Origin: Thermoplasmata archaeon
GTDB lineage: Archaea; Thermoplasmatota; Thermoplasmata; Lutacidiplasmatales; UBA184
NCBI GenBank assembly: GCA_030038095.1
Contig: JASHPK010000048.1
Span: 13,972 to 77,971, forward strand
Direction of reading: 5' to 3'
DNA: 64,000 nucleotides
Made by a program: the position numbers and the translations under genes. Below are positions 27,839 through 36,310 of the stretch, one piece after another (the stretch's first letter is position 1; each line of letters begins with the position of its first letter). The notes under the pieces were generated by a model that searched no databases, had not been told where the DNA came from, and saw nothing but the letters and a program-made list of their open reading frames with translations.

Positions 27839-29443
27839 ATGTCCGCGACCGCCGCTCCCTCCGAACCTCCGACTCCGGCGAACCCCGACGCCGCCCACGC
27901 CGCTCGGCGGGCCACCATCATCCTGCTCGTGCTCGCCGGCGCGGCGTTGATGGTCAACTACGTCGAGACGATGTTGGTCCCGGCGCTTCCGACCCTCGTC
28001 GCGTTCTACGACGGCGTGCCCTACACCACGATCGCGTGGGTCGTCTCCGCCTACCTCCTCGTCGGAGTGTCGACTACGCCCGTCCTCGCGAAGCTCGGGG
28101 ACATCTACGGCAAGAAGCGCATGCTGATCGTGGTGCTCGGGATCTATGCGGTCGCGGTCTCGCTCACCGGGTTCACCCCCGAGATCGCGAGCGCGTTCGG
28201 CCTCTCCCGGTACGATGCGGTCTATCTCCTGATCGGGGTGCGCGGCCTGCAGGGCGTCGGGCTCGCGATGTTCCCCCTCGCCTTCGCGATGGTCGGCGAG
28301 GAGCTCCCTTCCGCTCGGGTGGCCCAGGCCCAGGGCCTGATCGGCGCGATGTTCGCGATCGGGGCCGCGCTCGGGCTCTTCGGCGGGGCCTGGCTGATCC
28401 AGACCTACGGATGGCAGTTCGCCTACCACGCCGTGATCCCGGTCGCCGGCGCGATCCTCGGGCTCGCGATCTACGAGCTGCCCGAATCGCCCCACCGGCT
28501 CCGTGTCCGGCTCGACGTGCCCGGCGCCGCGCTCCTCGGCGGGGCCCTCGCGACCTTCCTCTTGGGTCTGTCGCAAGGGCCCGCGTGGGGATGGGGCACG
28601 ATCGCCGCGGTCTCCTTCGGCCGCCTGCCGCTGGGGGTCCCGGAGCTGTTCGCCTTCTCGGTCGTCCTCGCGATCCTGTTCTACCTGCGGGAGCGGACCG
28701 CGGTCGCCCCGATGGTCCATCTTGAGCGGTTCCGGGAGCGGAACCTCGCGATCAGCTACATCGGCGCGCTGCTGGTCGGGGCGAGCATCTTCCTCGGCTT
28801 CGTCGGGCTCACGATCCTCGTGGAGACGCCGATCGTCGGGCTCGGGCGGACCGTGTTCGAGTTCGGCGTACTGAGCCTGCCAACGACCCTCTCGATGCTC
28901 GTCGCGGCCCCCTTCGTCGGCCGCGCGATCACCCGGTTCGGTCCGAAGCCGGTGATGCAGCTCGGCGCCGGTCTCGCCACGCTGGGGTTCGTCCTCCTCC
29001 TCGTCTTCGACCACACGTATACGGAACTCCTGCTCGCCCCGATCCCGACGTTCGTGGGTCTCGTGATGATCATCATCGCGATCACGAACGTGGTCGTCCT
29101 TTCCTCGCGGCGGGGGGAAACCGGGATCCAGACGGGGATGGCCGAGATGTTCCAGGACCTTGGGGCGAGCGTCGGACCGGTGCTCGTCGCCTCGATCCTG
29201 GCGAGCGTCACGGGCCTGTTCGCGACCGGCGGGACGAGCCCCGCCGGGCCGATCTTCGTCCGTCTGCCCACCCTCACAGCGTTCCACTGGCTGTTCGCGG
29301 TCGGCGCGCTGTTTTCCCTCACCGGGGGGATCCTCGCGAGCTTCCTGCGGAACTACACCTTCGACCCGAGCGGAGTTCGCAGCGAGTCGGAGGCCCCCTC
29401 CGCCCCGCCCGCGCCGAGCGGCGCCCCTTCGGTCGTGGAGTGA
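27839..29443 (+). CDS. MFS transporter (14-TMS DHA2/EmrB-like)
   Basis: 3' part of ORF 27239..29443, starting at ATG 27839. Motif A-like LAKLGDIYGKKRML and many TM helices. Divergent from the tandem Lrp gene. Confidence 0.85.
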   Translation: MSATAAPSEPPTPANPDAAHAARRATIILLVLAGAALMVNYVETMLVPALPTLVAFYDGVPYTTIAWVVSAYLLVGVSTTPVLAKLGDIYGKKRMLIVVLGIYAVAVSLTGFTPEIASAFGLSRYDAVYLLIGVRGLQGVGLAMFPLAFAMVGEELPSARVAQAQGLIGAMFAIGAALGLFGGAWLIQTYGWQFAYHAVIPVAGAILGLAIYELPESPHRLRVRLDVPGAALLGGALATFLLGLSQGPAWGWGTIAAVSFGRLPLGVPELFAFSVVLAILFYLRERTAVAPMVHLERFRERNLAISYIGALLVGASIFLGFVGLTILVETPIVGLGRTVFEFGVLSLPTTLSMLVAAPFVGRAITRFGPKPVMQLGAGLATLGFVLLLVFDHTYTELLLAPIPTFVGLVMIIIAITNVVVLSSRRGETGIQTGMAEMFQDLGASVGPVLVASILASVTGLFATGGTSPAGPIFVRLPTLTAFHWLFAVGALFSLTGGILASFLRNYTFDPSGVRSESEAPSAPPAPSGAPSVVE

Positions 29444-29678
29444 GCCCGAGGACGGGGGCGCGTTGGGCGAGGGCCGACCGGAGTCCCTCGGGACCTCGGC
29501 CCCGACGCGCCCGGAGTCGAAGAGGGCCGCCTCGAGGACGGGATCCTCCGCCTTCGGGGAGCCGTGGGGATCCCAGGTCGAGGAACGGGCCTCCGGCGAA
29601 CCCCAGGACCCCCTCGACCGGCCCTCGAGTCGCTCTCGGTCGCGCAAAGGCTATGAAAGCCGCCCGATACTCCGTCGT

Positions 29679-30746
29679 ATGGGGATTACCCTCGCTTCTC
29701 CTTCCCGTCTCGCGTCGCTCGACGGACGTGTACCGACCGTAGCCACCCTGTGCTCGCATTCGTCGTTGCAGATCTTCCACGGGGCGCGGTCGGAGGGTTT
29801 GCCAACGCTCGGGATCTGCGTCGGGGCCCCGCCCCGCTTCTACGATGCCTTCCCCCTCGCACGACCCGATCGTTTCCTCTCGGTGCCGAACGTCAAGGAA
29901 CTCGCGGGCGCCGTGAGCCGGCTCCGTTCCGAGGGCGCGGTCCTCGTTCCGCACGGGTCGTTCGTCGAGTACGTCGGGGCCGAGGCGTTCGCCGAGCTTG
30001 ACGTCCCGGTCTTCGGGAACCGCGCGGTCCTCGCCTGGGAGTCCGACCGCCGGAAGGAGCGTGACTGGCTCGAGTCCGCCGGGGTCCCGATGCCCCAGCT
30101 CTTCGAGGACCGCAGCGAGATCCGCGGACCGGTCATCGTGAAGTACTACGGCGCGAAGGGCGGGAAGGGGTTCTTCCTCGCGAAGAACCGCGAGGCGCTC
30201 GAGGACTTCCACGCGACCGGCCCGCACGTGATCCAAGAGTACGTGCTGGGGACCCGCTACTACATCCACTTCTTCTACTCGCCGCTCGTCGACCGGGGGT
30301 ACCGCGTCGGGCACGGGTCGCTCGAGTTGCTCGGCATGGACCGCCGGGACGAGGCGAACATCGACGAGCTCTACAAGCTCGGGGCCCAGGAGGAGCTCTT
30401 CAGGGCCGGGATCCGTCCCACCTTTGTCGTGACCGGCAACGTTCCCGTGATCTTGCGCGAGTCGCTGCTCCCGAAGGCGTTCGAGGTCGGCGCCCGCATC
30501 GTCGAGCGTTCGATCGAGCTGTTCGGGGGCATGGTGGGCCCGTTCTGCGTCGAGGGGATCATGACCGAGGACCTCGAGTTCAAGGTGTTCGAGATATCGA
30601 CCCGGATCGTCGCGGGGACGAACCTGTTCATCTCGGGAAGCCCGTACTCCGATCTCATCGAACCGGGTCTCTCCACCGGCCGCCGCATCGCGCGCGAGAT
30701 CAAGCAGGCGCAGGCCCAGGGACGCCTCGCGGAGGTCCTGAGCTAG
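29679..30746 (+). CDS. purP: 5-formaminoimidazole-4-carboxamide ribonucleotide (FAICAR) synthetase PurP
   Basis: 3' part of ORF 29160..30746, starting at ATG 29679. IATLCSHSSLQIFHGARSEG...FGNR..L.WESDR...VIVK..GAKGG.G.F...VIQEYV.G..YY.HFFYSP is the archaeal PurP signature. Confidence 0.9.
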   Translation: MGITLASPSRLASLDGRVPTVATLCSHSSLQIFHGARSEGLPTLGICVGAPPRFYDAFPLARPDRFLSVPNVKELAGAVSRLRSEGAVLVPHGSFVEYVGAEAFAELDVPVFGNRAVLAWESDRRKERDWLESAGVPMPQLFEDRSEIRGPVIVKYYGAKGGKGFFLAKNREALEDFHATGPHVIQEYVLGTRYYIHFFYSPLVDRGYRVGHGSLELLGMDRRDEANIDELYKLGAQEELFRAGIRPTFVVTGNVPVILRESLLPKAFEVGARIVERSIELFGGMVGPFCVEGIMTEDLEFKVFEISTRIVAGTNLFISGSPYSDLIEPGLSTGRRIAREIKQAQAQGRLAEVLS

Positions 30747-30792
30747 TCCGCGCCGGCTCGTGCCGAACGGGCCGGTCCCTCTTCACAGGTCC

Positions 30793-31749
30793 ATGACGTC
30801 GGCGATCCGGGCGGACCACCTCTCGAAGGTCTACCCGACCTCGAGCTCGGGGGCCCGCGCGCTCGACGAGCTGTCGATCGACATCCCTCCGGGACGGGTC
30901 TACGGGCTGATCGGCCGCAACGGCGCGGGGAAGACGACGTTCGTCCGCATCGCCGCGACCCAGCTCGCGCCGACCTCGGGCCGCGTCGAGGTGCTGGGCC
31001 ACGACGTGATGACGGAGGAGCGCGACGTCCGGCTGCGGATCGCGTGCGTGCCCCAGGAGTCGCGCCCGCTCTATTTCCTCAACACCGAGGAGGTCGTCTA
31101 TCTCTACCTCAAGCTCCGCGGGCTCGACCCCCCCGAGGCGCGCCGTCGCACGCGGGACGCGCTCGACGAGCTCTCGCTCACGGAGTACCGACGCCGGTCC
31201 GTCGCCCGACTGTCGGGCGGGCTCCGCCGCCGGGTGCTGTGCGCGATGGTCCTCGCCTCCGACGCCGAGGTCCTGTTCCTCGATGAGCCGACCACCGGTC
31301 TCGATCCGATCGCGCGTCGCCAGGTGTGGGAGGCGATCCGCCGCACCAGCCGAGAGCACCGGACGATCCTGTTGACGACGCACTACCTCGACGAGGCGGA
31401 GTCGCTCTCCACGCGCCTCGCCCTCATCGAGCGGGGTCGCCTCATGCTGGAAGGGACCCCCGAGGACCTCCGCGGGCGGGTCCGGTACCCGTACCGCGTG
31501 ACCGTCCTCGGGTCGTACCCGCGGGACGAGCTCGACTCCTACGGCCGGGTCTCCCCGATCGAGGGCGGGTACCTCGTCTTCGCGCGCGAGCGAGAGGCGC
31601 GCGAGCTCGCCCGGCGCGCCCTCGAACGGGGGAACCGTCTCTCCATGGGACCGGTGAGCCTCGAGGACGTCTTCCTCGAGGTCGTCGGGCGCTCGATCGA
31701 GGAGGAGGCGCCGAAGGACGACGGCGAGGAGGAGGCGGTCGAGGCATGA
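30793..31749 (+). CDS. ABC-2 type exporter ATP-binding protein
   Basis: ORF 30760..31749, starting at ATG 30793. GLIGRNGAGKTT, LSGGLRRR, LFLDEPTTGLD. Confidence 0.9.
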   Translation: MTSAIRADHLSKVYPTSSSGARALDELSIDIPPGRVYGLIGRNGAGKTTFVRIAATQLAPTSGRVEVLGHDVMTEERDVRLRIACVPQESRPLYFLNTEEVVYLYLKLRGLDPPEARRRTRDALDELSLTEYRRRSVARLSGGLRRRVLCAMVLASDAEVLFLDEPTTGLDPIARRQVWEAIRRTSREHRTILLTTHYLDEAESLSTRLALIERGRLMLEGTPEDLRGRVRYPYRVTVLGSYPRDELDSYGRVSPIEGGYLVFAREREARELARRALERGNRLSMGPVSLEDVFLEVVGRSIEEEAPKDDGEEEAVEA

Positions 31750-32492
31750 CGGAGCGTCGCCGGTTCCGTTCGCTCTTCACGCTGGTCCAGCTGAACGGCC
31801 TGATCCCGATCCGGACGCAGCCGCTCTACCTCGTGAACCTGATCGCGTCGCCACTCTCGTTCCTGTTCTTTATCTGGATCGTCTCGAAGGGGGCGCTCCT
31901 CGCCTACGGGATCACGGGCGGCATGGTCCTCACGATGCTCTCGGTGGGGACCGGCCTCCAGTCGGACCTCACCCACTATCGTCAGGACCTCAAGTTCCAG
32001 GACGTCGTGGTCGCCTCGCCGGTCGAAGCTCCCGTCTACGTCGCGGGCATGGCGCTCTCCGAGCTCGTCTACTCGCTCCCGGGCCTCTCGGTGTTCGTCA
32101 TCCTGTTCGTCGTCGACGGGTTCGCGACGCCGACGAGCGTCGTGGTGCTGGCCGGAGCGATGCTGCTCGTCTGGTCGTTCGCGACCGCGCTCGCCTTCAC
32201 CCTCGCGACCTACTTCCAGGACGTCCGGGAGACCTGGATGTTCAGCCCGATCATCTCGCTCGTGCTCACGGTCCTCCCGCCGGTCTACTACCCGATCTCG
32301 TCGCTCCCGTCCTGGGCGCGCCTCGTCGCCCACTTCTCCCCGACCACGTACGCCGCCGGGCTCGTCCAGGGCGCGGTCGGCCTCGCCCCGATCTCGATCT
32401 CGGGCGCGGTCCTCGACTGGGGCGTGCTCGTCGGGTTCACCGCGGTCCTCTTCGTCATCGCCGCGGTGAAGGCCCGCTGGCGCGACCTCTAA
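31746..32492 (+). CDS. ABC-2 type exporter permease
   Basis: 3' part of ORF 31326..32492. ATGA overlap with the ATPase stop. Six predicted TM helices. Confidence 0.8.
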   Translation: MTERRRFRSLFTLVQLNGLIPIRTQPLYLVNLIASPLSFLFFIWIVSKGALLAYGITGGMVLTMLSVGTGLQSDLTHYRQDLKFQDVVVASPVEAPVYVAGMALSELVYSLPGLSVFVILFVVDGFATPTSVVVLAGAMLLVWSFATALAFTLATYFQDVRETWMFSPIISLVLTVLPPVYYPISSLPSWARLVAHFSPTTYAAGLVQGAVGLAPISISGAVLDWGVLVGFTAVLFVIAAVKARWRDL

Positions 32493-32576
32493 AGGGGTCC
32501 GGAGCCCGTGCGACGGACCGTCGACCCGTCGGGTCGCGGGAGTCCTTATGTACCGGGCGCATGGTTGCGGCGCGCG

Positions 32577-32816
32577 ATGCTTTCGTTCTCCGATATTCGC
32601 TCCTTCGAGAACCCCGACGAACGCTTCGGTCACTGCCTGTTCTGCGGGCGGGACCTCGTCCTCCTCCCCAACGACCGGCGGGAGGGGAGCTGCTTCGACT
32701 GCCTCGCGCTCAGCGTGGCGCTGCCGACCCCGTGCCCGGAATGCGGCGACTCGATTCCCGGCGAGGAGCGCGGCGTCGGATGCGCCGGCTGCGGCTGGTA
32801 CCCGCTCCGCGACTGA
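32577..32816 (+). CDS. Small double zinc-ribbon protein (four CxxC pairs)
   Basis: ORF 32508..32816; ATG 32577 preferred because the TATA-like CCTTATGT at 32544-32551 lies ~30 nt upstream. CLFC, CFDC, CPEC, CAGC. Strong G/C at third codon positions. Confidence 0.55.
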   Translation: MLSFSDIRSFENPDERFGHCLFCGRDLVLLPNDRREGSCFDCLALSVALPTPCPECGDSIPGEERGVGCAGCGWYPLRD

Positions 32817-32840
32817 GGGCGCGCGCCCCCCCGCCGAAGA

Positions 32841-32848
32841 GCTTATCG
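32841..32848 (+). promoter_or_regulatory. TATA-like box GCTTATCG upstream of the tRNA
   Basis: Centre lies ~33 nt upstream of the mature 5' end at 32878. Consistent with a short leader removed by RNase P. Confidence 0.4.
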
Positions 32849-32877
32849 CCCCAGTCCGGTCCTCCGCCCTAGGGCGT

Positions 32878-32995
32878 GCCGAGGTGGCTCAGTCCGGTAC
32901 GGCGCGAGTCTGGAAAGCTCGTGGCGGAATACGCCTCGGGAGTTCAAACGCCGGGAACGGCCGACCCGTCCCGGGGGAAACTCTCCCCCTCGGCG
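32878..32995 (+). tRNA. tRNA-Ser (anticodon GGA) with a 33-nt intron in the T-loop (32949..32981)
   Basis: Manual cloverleaf. Acceptor GCCGAGG/CCTCGGC plus G73; D-arm with GG; anticodon stem CGAGT/GCTCG with loop CTGGAAA; long variable arm TGGCGGAATACGCCTC; T-stem GGGAG/CTCCC. The T-loop TTCAAA|T is restored after removing 33 nt. No encoded CCA. Confidence 0.8.
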
Positions 32996-33035
32996 CTTCC
33001 CCGATCCGGCGTGCCCGGGCCTGGTCTCGGGGACC

Positions 33036-33530
33036 ATGACTGTCCCGGCGCGCGCCCTCCGACCGAGCCTGCTGCAGATCGACGCGATCCTCACCCGCCT
33101 GAGCGGCCGGGCGGCCCTCGACGAGGTGTGTCGGTTCCTCGCCGAATCCTTCGCGCACTATCGTTGGGTCGGGATCTACCGCCTCGAAGGCGAGACCCTC
33201 GTGCTCGACGCGTGGGAAGGCCCCCAGGCGACCGACCACACGCGGATCCCCCTCGACCGGGGGATCTGCGGCGCCGCGGCGCGCGAGGACCGCACGGTGA
33301 TCGTCGACGACGTGCGGGCCGCGCCGGAGTACCTCGCCTGCTTCCTCGAGACCCGCGCGGAGATCGTCGTCCCGATCCACGCGGGCGGCCGGGTCGTCGG
33401 GGAGATCGACATCGACGGCAACGAGATCAGGGCCTACGACGCGTCCGACCGGTCGTTCCTCGAGAGCGTGGCCGCCAAGCTCGGGCCCGTGGTCGAGCGC
33501 GCCGGGGGCGACGCGCCGCCGCCCGCATGA
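33036..33530 (+). CDS. GAF-domain protein, free methionine-(R)-sulfoxide reductase (fRMsr/MsrC)-like
   Basis: ORF 33036..33530. WVGIYRL...GICGAAA...VDDV...YLACFLETRAEIVVPI...GEIDIDG. Confidence 0.85.
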   Translation: MTVPARALRPSLLQIDAILTRLSGRAALDEVCRFLAESFAHYRWVGIYRLEGETLVLDAWEGPQATDHTRIPLDRGICGAAAREDRTVIVDDVRAAPEYLACFLETRAEIVVPIHAGGRVVGEIDIDGNEIRAYDASDRSFLESVAAKLGPVVERAGGDAPPPA

Positions 33531-34254
33531 GCCGTCGGTCGATCGTCACGAGCGCGGAGGCGAGCGCGCCGTCGGCGTCGAACGGCAAGAGGCGGGCCTT
33601 CCGCCCGGACCGGCGCAGGCGTCGGGCTTCGCGCGCGATCGATCCCAGCGCTCGGGAGAGCTCGTCGACGATCGGGAGATCCGCCGTGAGGCTCGTACGA
33701 GAGAGCGGATTCAGGTCGATCGAGATGACGCGCTTGCCGACGGCGCGCAGGGCCCCGGCCCGGTCCCCGTCCTCGAGCGGCACCAGGCAGACGTCCGAGC
33801 GGTAGATCCCATCGCGATCGACCCTCGCCCGGTCGGAGGGGAGGCCCGGGATCCGGGCCGTGGGGTGGACGCCGAGCACCCGGCGCACGCCGGCCTCCTC
33901 GAGCCGACGGGCGATCGCCCGCGCCCTCGGTCCGGTGCGATGGAAGAGGTTCACCTCGACGGCGAGACCCGGGACCGCCGCGGCCAGCCGGGCGACCTCG
34001 GGCGCGGCGAGCGCGGCGACGTTGCCGTTCACGCTGACGACCGGGCGGCGCGCTGCGAGGAGCCACTCCGCGGCCGCCCGCTCCGCCCGGCGGGCGGAGG
34101 GCGACGTGCGCTCGCCGAGCAGGTAGTCGAACGCCTCGCCGCGTCCGTGGGCGATCAGCCCCTCGGGCACGACGACACCGGTGCGATGGGCCTTCGCGAG
34201 CCGTTCCCGCACCCGCAAGCTTCGGTAGCGCGGATGGCGGGGCGAGAGCCGCAT
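33427..34254 (-). CDS. Phosphopantothenate synthetase (4-phosphopantoate--beta-alanine ligase), archaeal CoA pathway
   Basis: ORF 33427..34254. HGRGEAFDYLLGE, VSVNGNVAAL, EVNLFHRT, ISIDLNPLSRT. The Arg-rich last ~35 aa are antisense to the GAF gene and may be a read-through tail. Confidence 0.8.
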   Translation of the reverse strand: MRLSPRHPRYRSLRVRERLAKAHRTGVVVPEGLIAHGRGEAFDYLLGERTSPSARRAERAAAEWLLAARRPVVSVNGNVAALAAPEVARLAAAVPGLAVEVNLFHRTGPRARAIARRLEEAGVRRVLGVHPTARIPGLPSDRARVDRDGIYRSDVCLVPLEDGDRAGALRAVGKRVISIDLNPLSRTSLTADLPIVDELSRALGSIAREARRLRRSGRKARLLPFDADGALASALVTIDRRLMRAAARRPRRARPRARAWRPRSRGTTGRTRRRP

Positions 34255-34270
34255 CGGCGGGGCCGCGGGC

Positions 34271-35002
34271 TCAGCCGCTCGGCGGATCTCCGGCCGAGCC
34301 GGCCGCGTTCGCCTCGGCCGCCCCGAGCCGGCTCTCGATCGCGGCGATCCGGTCCTCGAGGGGCTGCAGCCCCTCCTCGAGGGCCTTCGTGAGGGCGAGC
34401 CTCAGGCTCTCCTCGAGGGCGACCAGGTCCCGGCCGAGGTCGATCATGCGGCGGGCGTTCTCGTTGAGCAGCAGGCGGCTCTGCGTCGCGACGCGATAGG
34501 TGTCGGCGAGATCGCGCGTGAGCTGACGCGAGGAGGTGACGAACGACTCGATCGACTCGCCCACCGGCTTCCACTTCTCATCGAGGTTCGAGATGATGCC
34601 GGTGTCGATCTTCTGCGCCGCCTGATCGACGCCGGCCGAGATCTCCTTGGAGAGGCGCTCGACGAGCACCCCTTCGATCCCCTCGAAGCGCGACTTGAGC
34701 TCGTCCCCGATCGACTGGTTGATCCCTTCGAGCTTCTGGATCCGGTCTTCGACGGTTTGGAGCCGGGCGAGCAGGTTGCCGTAGGCCGTCCCGATCAAGG
34801 TGTCGAAGTGGGCCTGGCTCGACTCCTGGGCCCGGAGGAGCAGATGGAGCACCCAGTGCTCGCGGCCCTTGGTCTCGGCCAGCGGTCCGCGATCGATCCG
34901 GTCGCGCACTTCGCGGTCGTCGATCAGCGCCTGGAGCTCTTTCAGGACCTCGAGGCGCAGAGCGGACGCGCTGCCGGAGCTCGTAGGGGGGCGTCCGGCC
35001 AT
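34271..35002 (-). CDS. Hypothetical all-helical coiled-coil protein
   Basis: ORF 34271..35002. Heptad-like Leu/Glu/Arg-rich sequence with good G/C third positions. A TATATA box lies 28 nt upstream of the ATG. Confidence 0.65.
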   Translation of the reverse strand: MAGRPPTSSGSASALRLEVLKELQALIDDREVRDRIDRGPLAETKGREHWVLHLLLRAQESSQAHFDTLIGTAYGNLLARLQTVEDRIQKLEGINQSIGDELKSRFEGIEGVLVERLSKEISAGVDQAAQKIDTGIISNLDEKWKPVGESIESFVTSSRQLTRDLADTYRVATQSRLLLNENARRMIDLGRDLVALEESLRLALTKALEEGLQPLEDRIAAIESRLGAAEANAAGSAGDPPSG

Positions 35003-35027
35003 TGTTCTCGGATGGGGCCGCCGACAC

Positions 35028-35033
35028 TATATA
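35028..35033 (-). promoter_or_regulatory. TATATA box for the coiled-coil protein gene
   Basis: Centre lies ~28 nt upstream of ATG 35002 (minus strand), implying a leaderless mRNA. Confidence 0.5.
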
Positions 35034-35095
35034 CATTGGCGGTCGCCGGTGCGGGTCGCACCGGGTCGTTCGCAGCGCAGCCCCCACTCGGCGAC

Positions 35096-36265
35096 CTAGA
35101 GGGCCCCCGCGCGATCGACGAGCTCCCGCCCGAGCAGCTCCCGCGCTACCACGAGCCGACGGATCTCGGAGGTGCCGGCGCCGATCTCGAGGAGCTTCGC
35201 ATCCCGGGCGAGCCGCTCGAGGGGAAGGTCGCGCATGTACCCGTACCCCCCGTGGATCTGCACGGCGGCGAGCGCGGCCCGGGTGGACGCCTCGGAGGCG
35301 AAGGTGAGGGCGGCGGCCGAGGCCCGCAGGCTCTTGAGGTCGTGGCTCACCGCATCGAGCGCCGCCCGGACGAGCCCTCGGGAGGCCTCGAGATCGGTGT
35401 ACATGTCGGCGATTTTCGCCTGGATGAGCTCGAAGCGGCCGATCTTCTGGCCGAACTGCTCGCGCTCGCGAGCGTACGCGACCGATCGGTCGAGGCACTC
35501 GGCGAGGATCCCGATCGGGATCGCCGCGAGGACCGCCCGTTCGACGTTGAGCCCGCCCATCATGATCGCGACCCCGGCGTTCTCCCGGCCGAGGCGTCGC
35601 TCGACGGGCACGCGGAGGTTGTCGAACGCGAGCTCCCCGGTGGGGGACCCGCGCATGCCCATCTTGTCGAGGCTCTTCGAGACGGAGAATCCCTCCGAAT
35701 CCGTCGGCACGAGGAAAGCGCTGATCCCGTGCGCGCCGCGGGCGGGATCGGTCTTCGCGTAGACGAGCAGGGAGTCCGCCACCGGCCCGTTCGTGATGAA
35801 CTGCTTCGTTCCGTTGAGGACGTAGTGGTCGCCCCGGTGGTCGGCCCGCGTGCGCAGGGAGACGGCGTCCGACCCCGCGTTCGGCTCGGTCAGGGCGAGA
35901 GCGCCGATCGCTTCGCCCCGGCAGGCCGGAGGAAGGAACTCCTCGCACTGCTCCGGGCTCCCGTTGCGCGCGAGATTGTCGGCGAAAAGGTTCGAGTGGG
36001 CGCCGACGCTCAGCGCGAGGGCGGGGCTCACCCGCGCGATCTCTTCGAGGATCAGCGCCTGCACAAGATACGACTGGCCGAGTCCGCCGCGCTCGGCCGG
36101 GATGGTGATCCCGAGGAAGCCGTCCTCCCCGAGGCGGCGGAAGACGTCGCGCGGGAAGTAGTCCTCCCGGTCCATCCGGTCGGCGACGGGGGCGATCTCC
36201 TTGCGGGCGAACCGGCGGGCGGCCTCCTGGAGCTCCCGTTCCTCCTCGGAGAGACGTAGGTCCAT
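35096..36265 (-). CDS. Acyl-CoA dehydrogenase (isovaleryl/short-branched-chain-like)
   Basis: ORF 35096..36265. [32 protein letters not shown]. Confidence 0.92.
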   Translation of the reverse strand: MDLRLSEEERELQEAARRFARKEIAPVADRMDREDYFPRDVFRRLGEDGFLGITIPAERGGLGQSYLVQALILEEIARVSPALALSVGAHSNLFADNLARNGSPEQCEEFLPPACRGEAIGALALTEPNAGSDAVSLRTRADHRGDHYVLNGTKQFITNGPVADSLLVYAKTDPARGAHGISAFLVPTDSEGFSVSKSLDKMGMRGSPTGELAFDNLRVPVERRLGRENAGVAIMMGGLNVERAVLAAIPIGILAECLDRSVAYAREREQFGQKIGRFELIQAKIADMYTDLEASRGLVRAALDAVSHDLKSLRASAAALTFASEASTRAALAAVQIHGGYGYMRDLPLERLARDAKLLEIGAGTSEIRRLVVARELLGRELVDRAGAL

Positions 36266-36310
36266 CGTCCGGCCGGACGGCCTCCGCCCCTAAACGGTTG
36301 TGGCCCCGGC

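Noticed and set aside
27692-29647. Upstream two-thirds of the 974-aa ORF 26723..29647
   Set aside because: Only the last 322 codons (26723-27691) encode a coherent tandem Lrp protein. The remainder is antisense to the MFS transporter and is low complexity.
29444-29678. A ZTP (pfl) or purine riboswitch upstream of purP
   Set aside because: I looked for the conserved pfl elements (GGGTCGTGACTGGCG-like 5' part, CCGCCTGGGC 3' part) and for purine-riboswitch loops and found none. Only generic GC hairpins are present.
32876-33805. 309-aa plus-strand ORF, and the 163-aa ORFs at 32548..33039 and 32889..33380
   Set aside because: They run through the tRNA-Ser gene and the GAF gene in the wrong frame or strand. 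The composition is Arg/Pro/Gly-rich.
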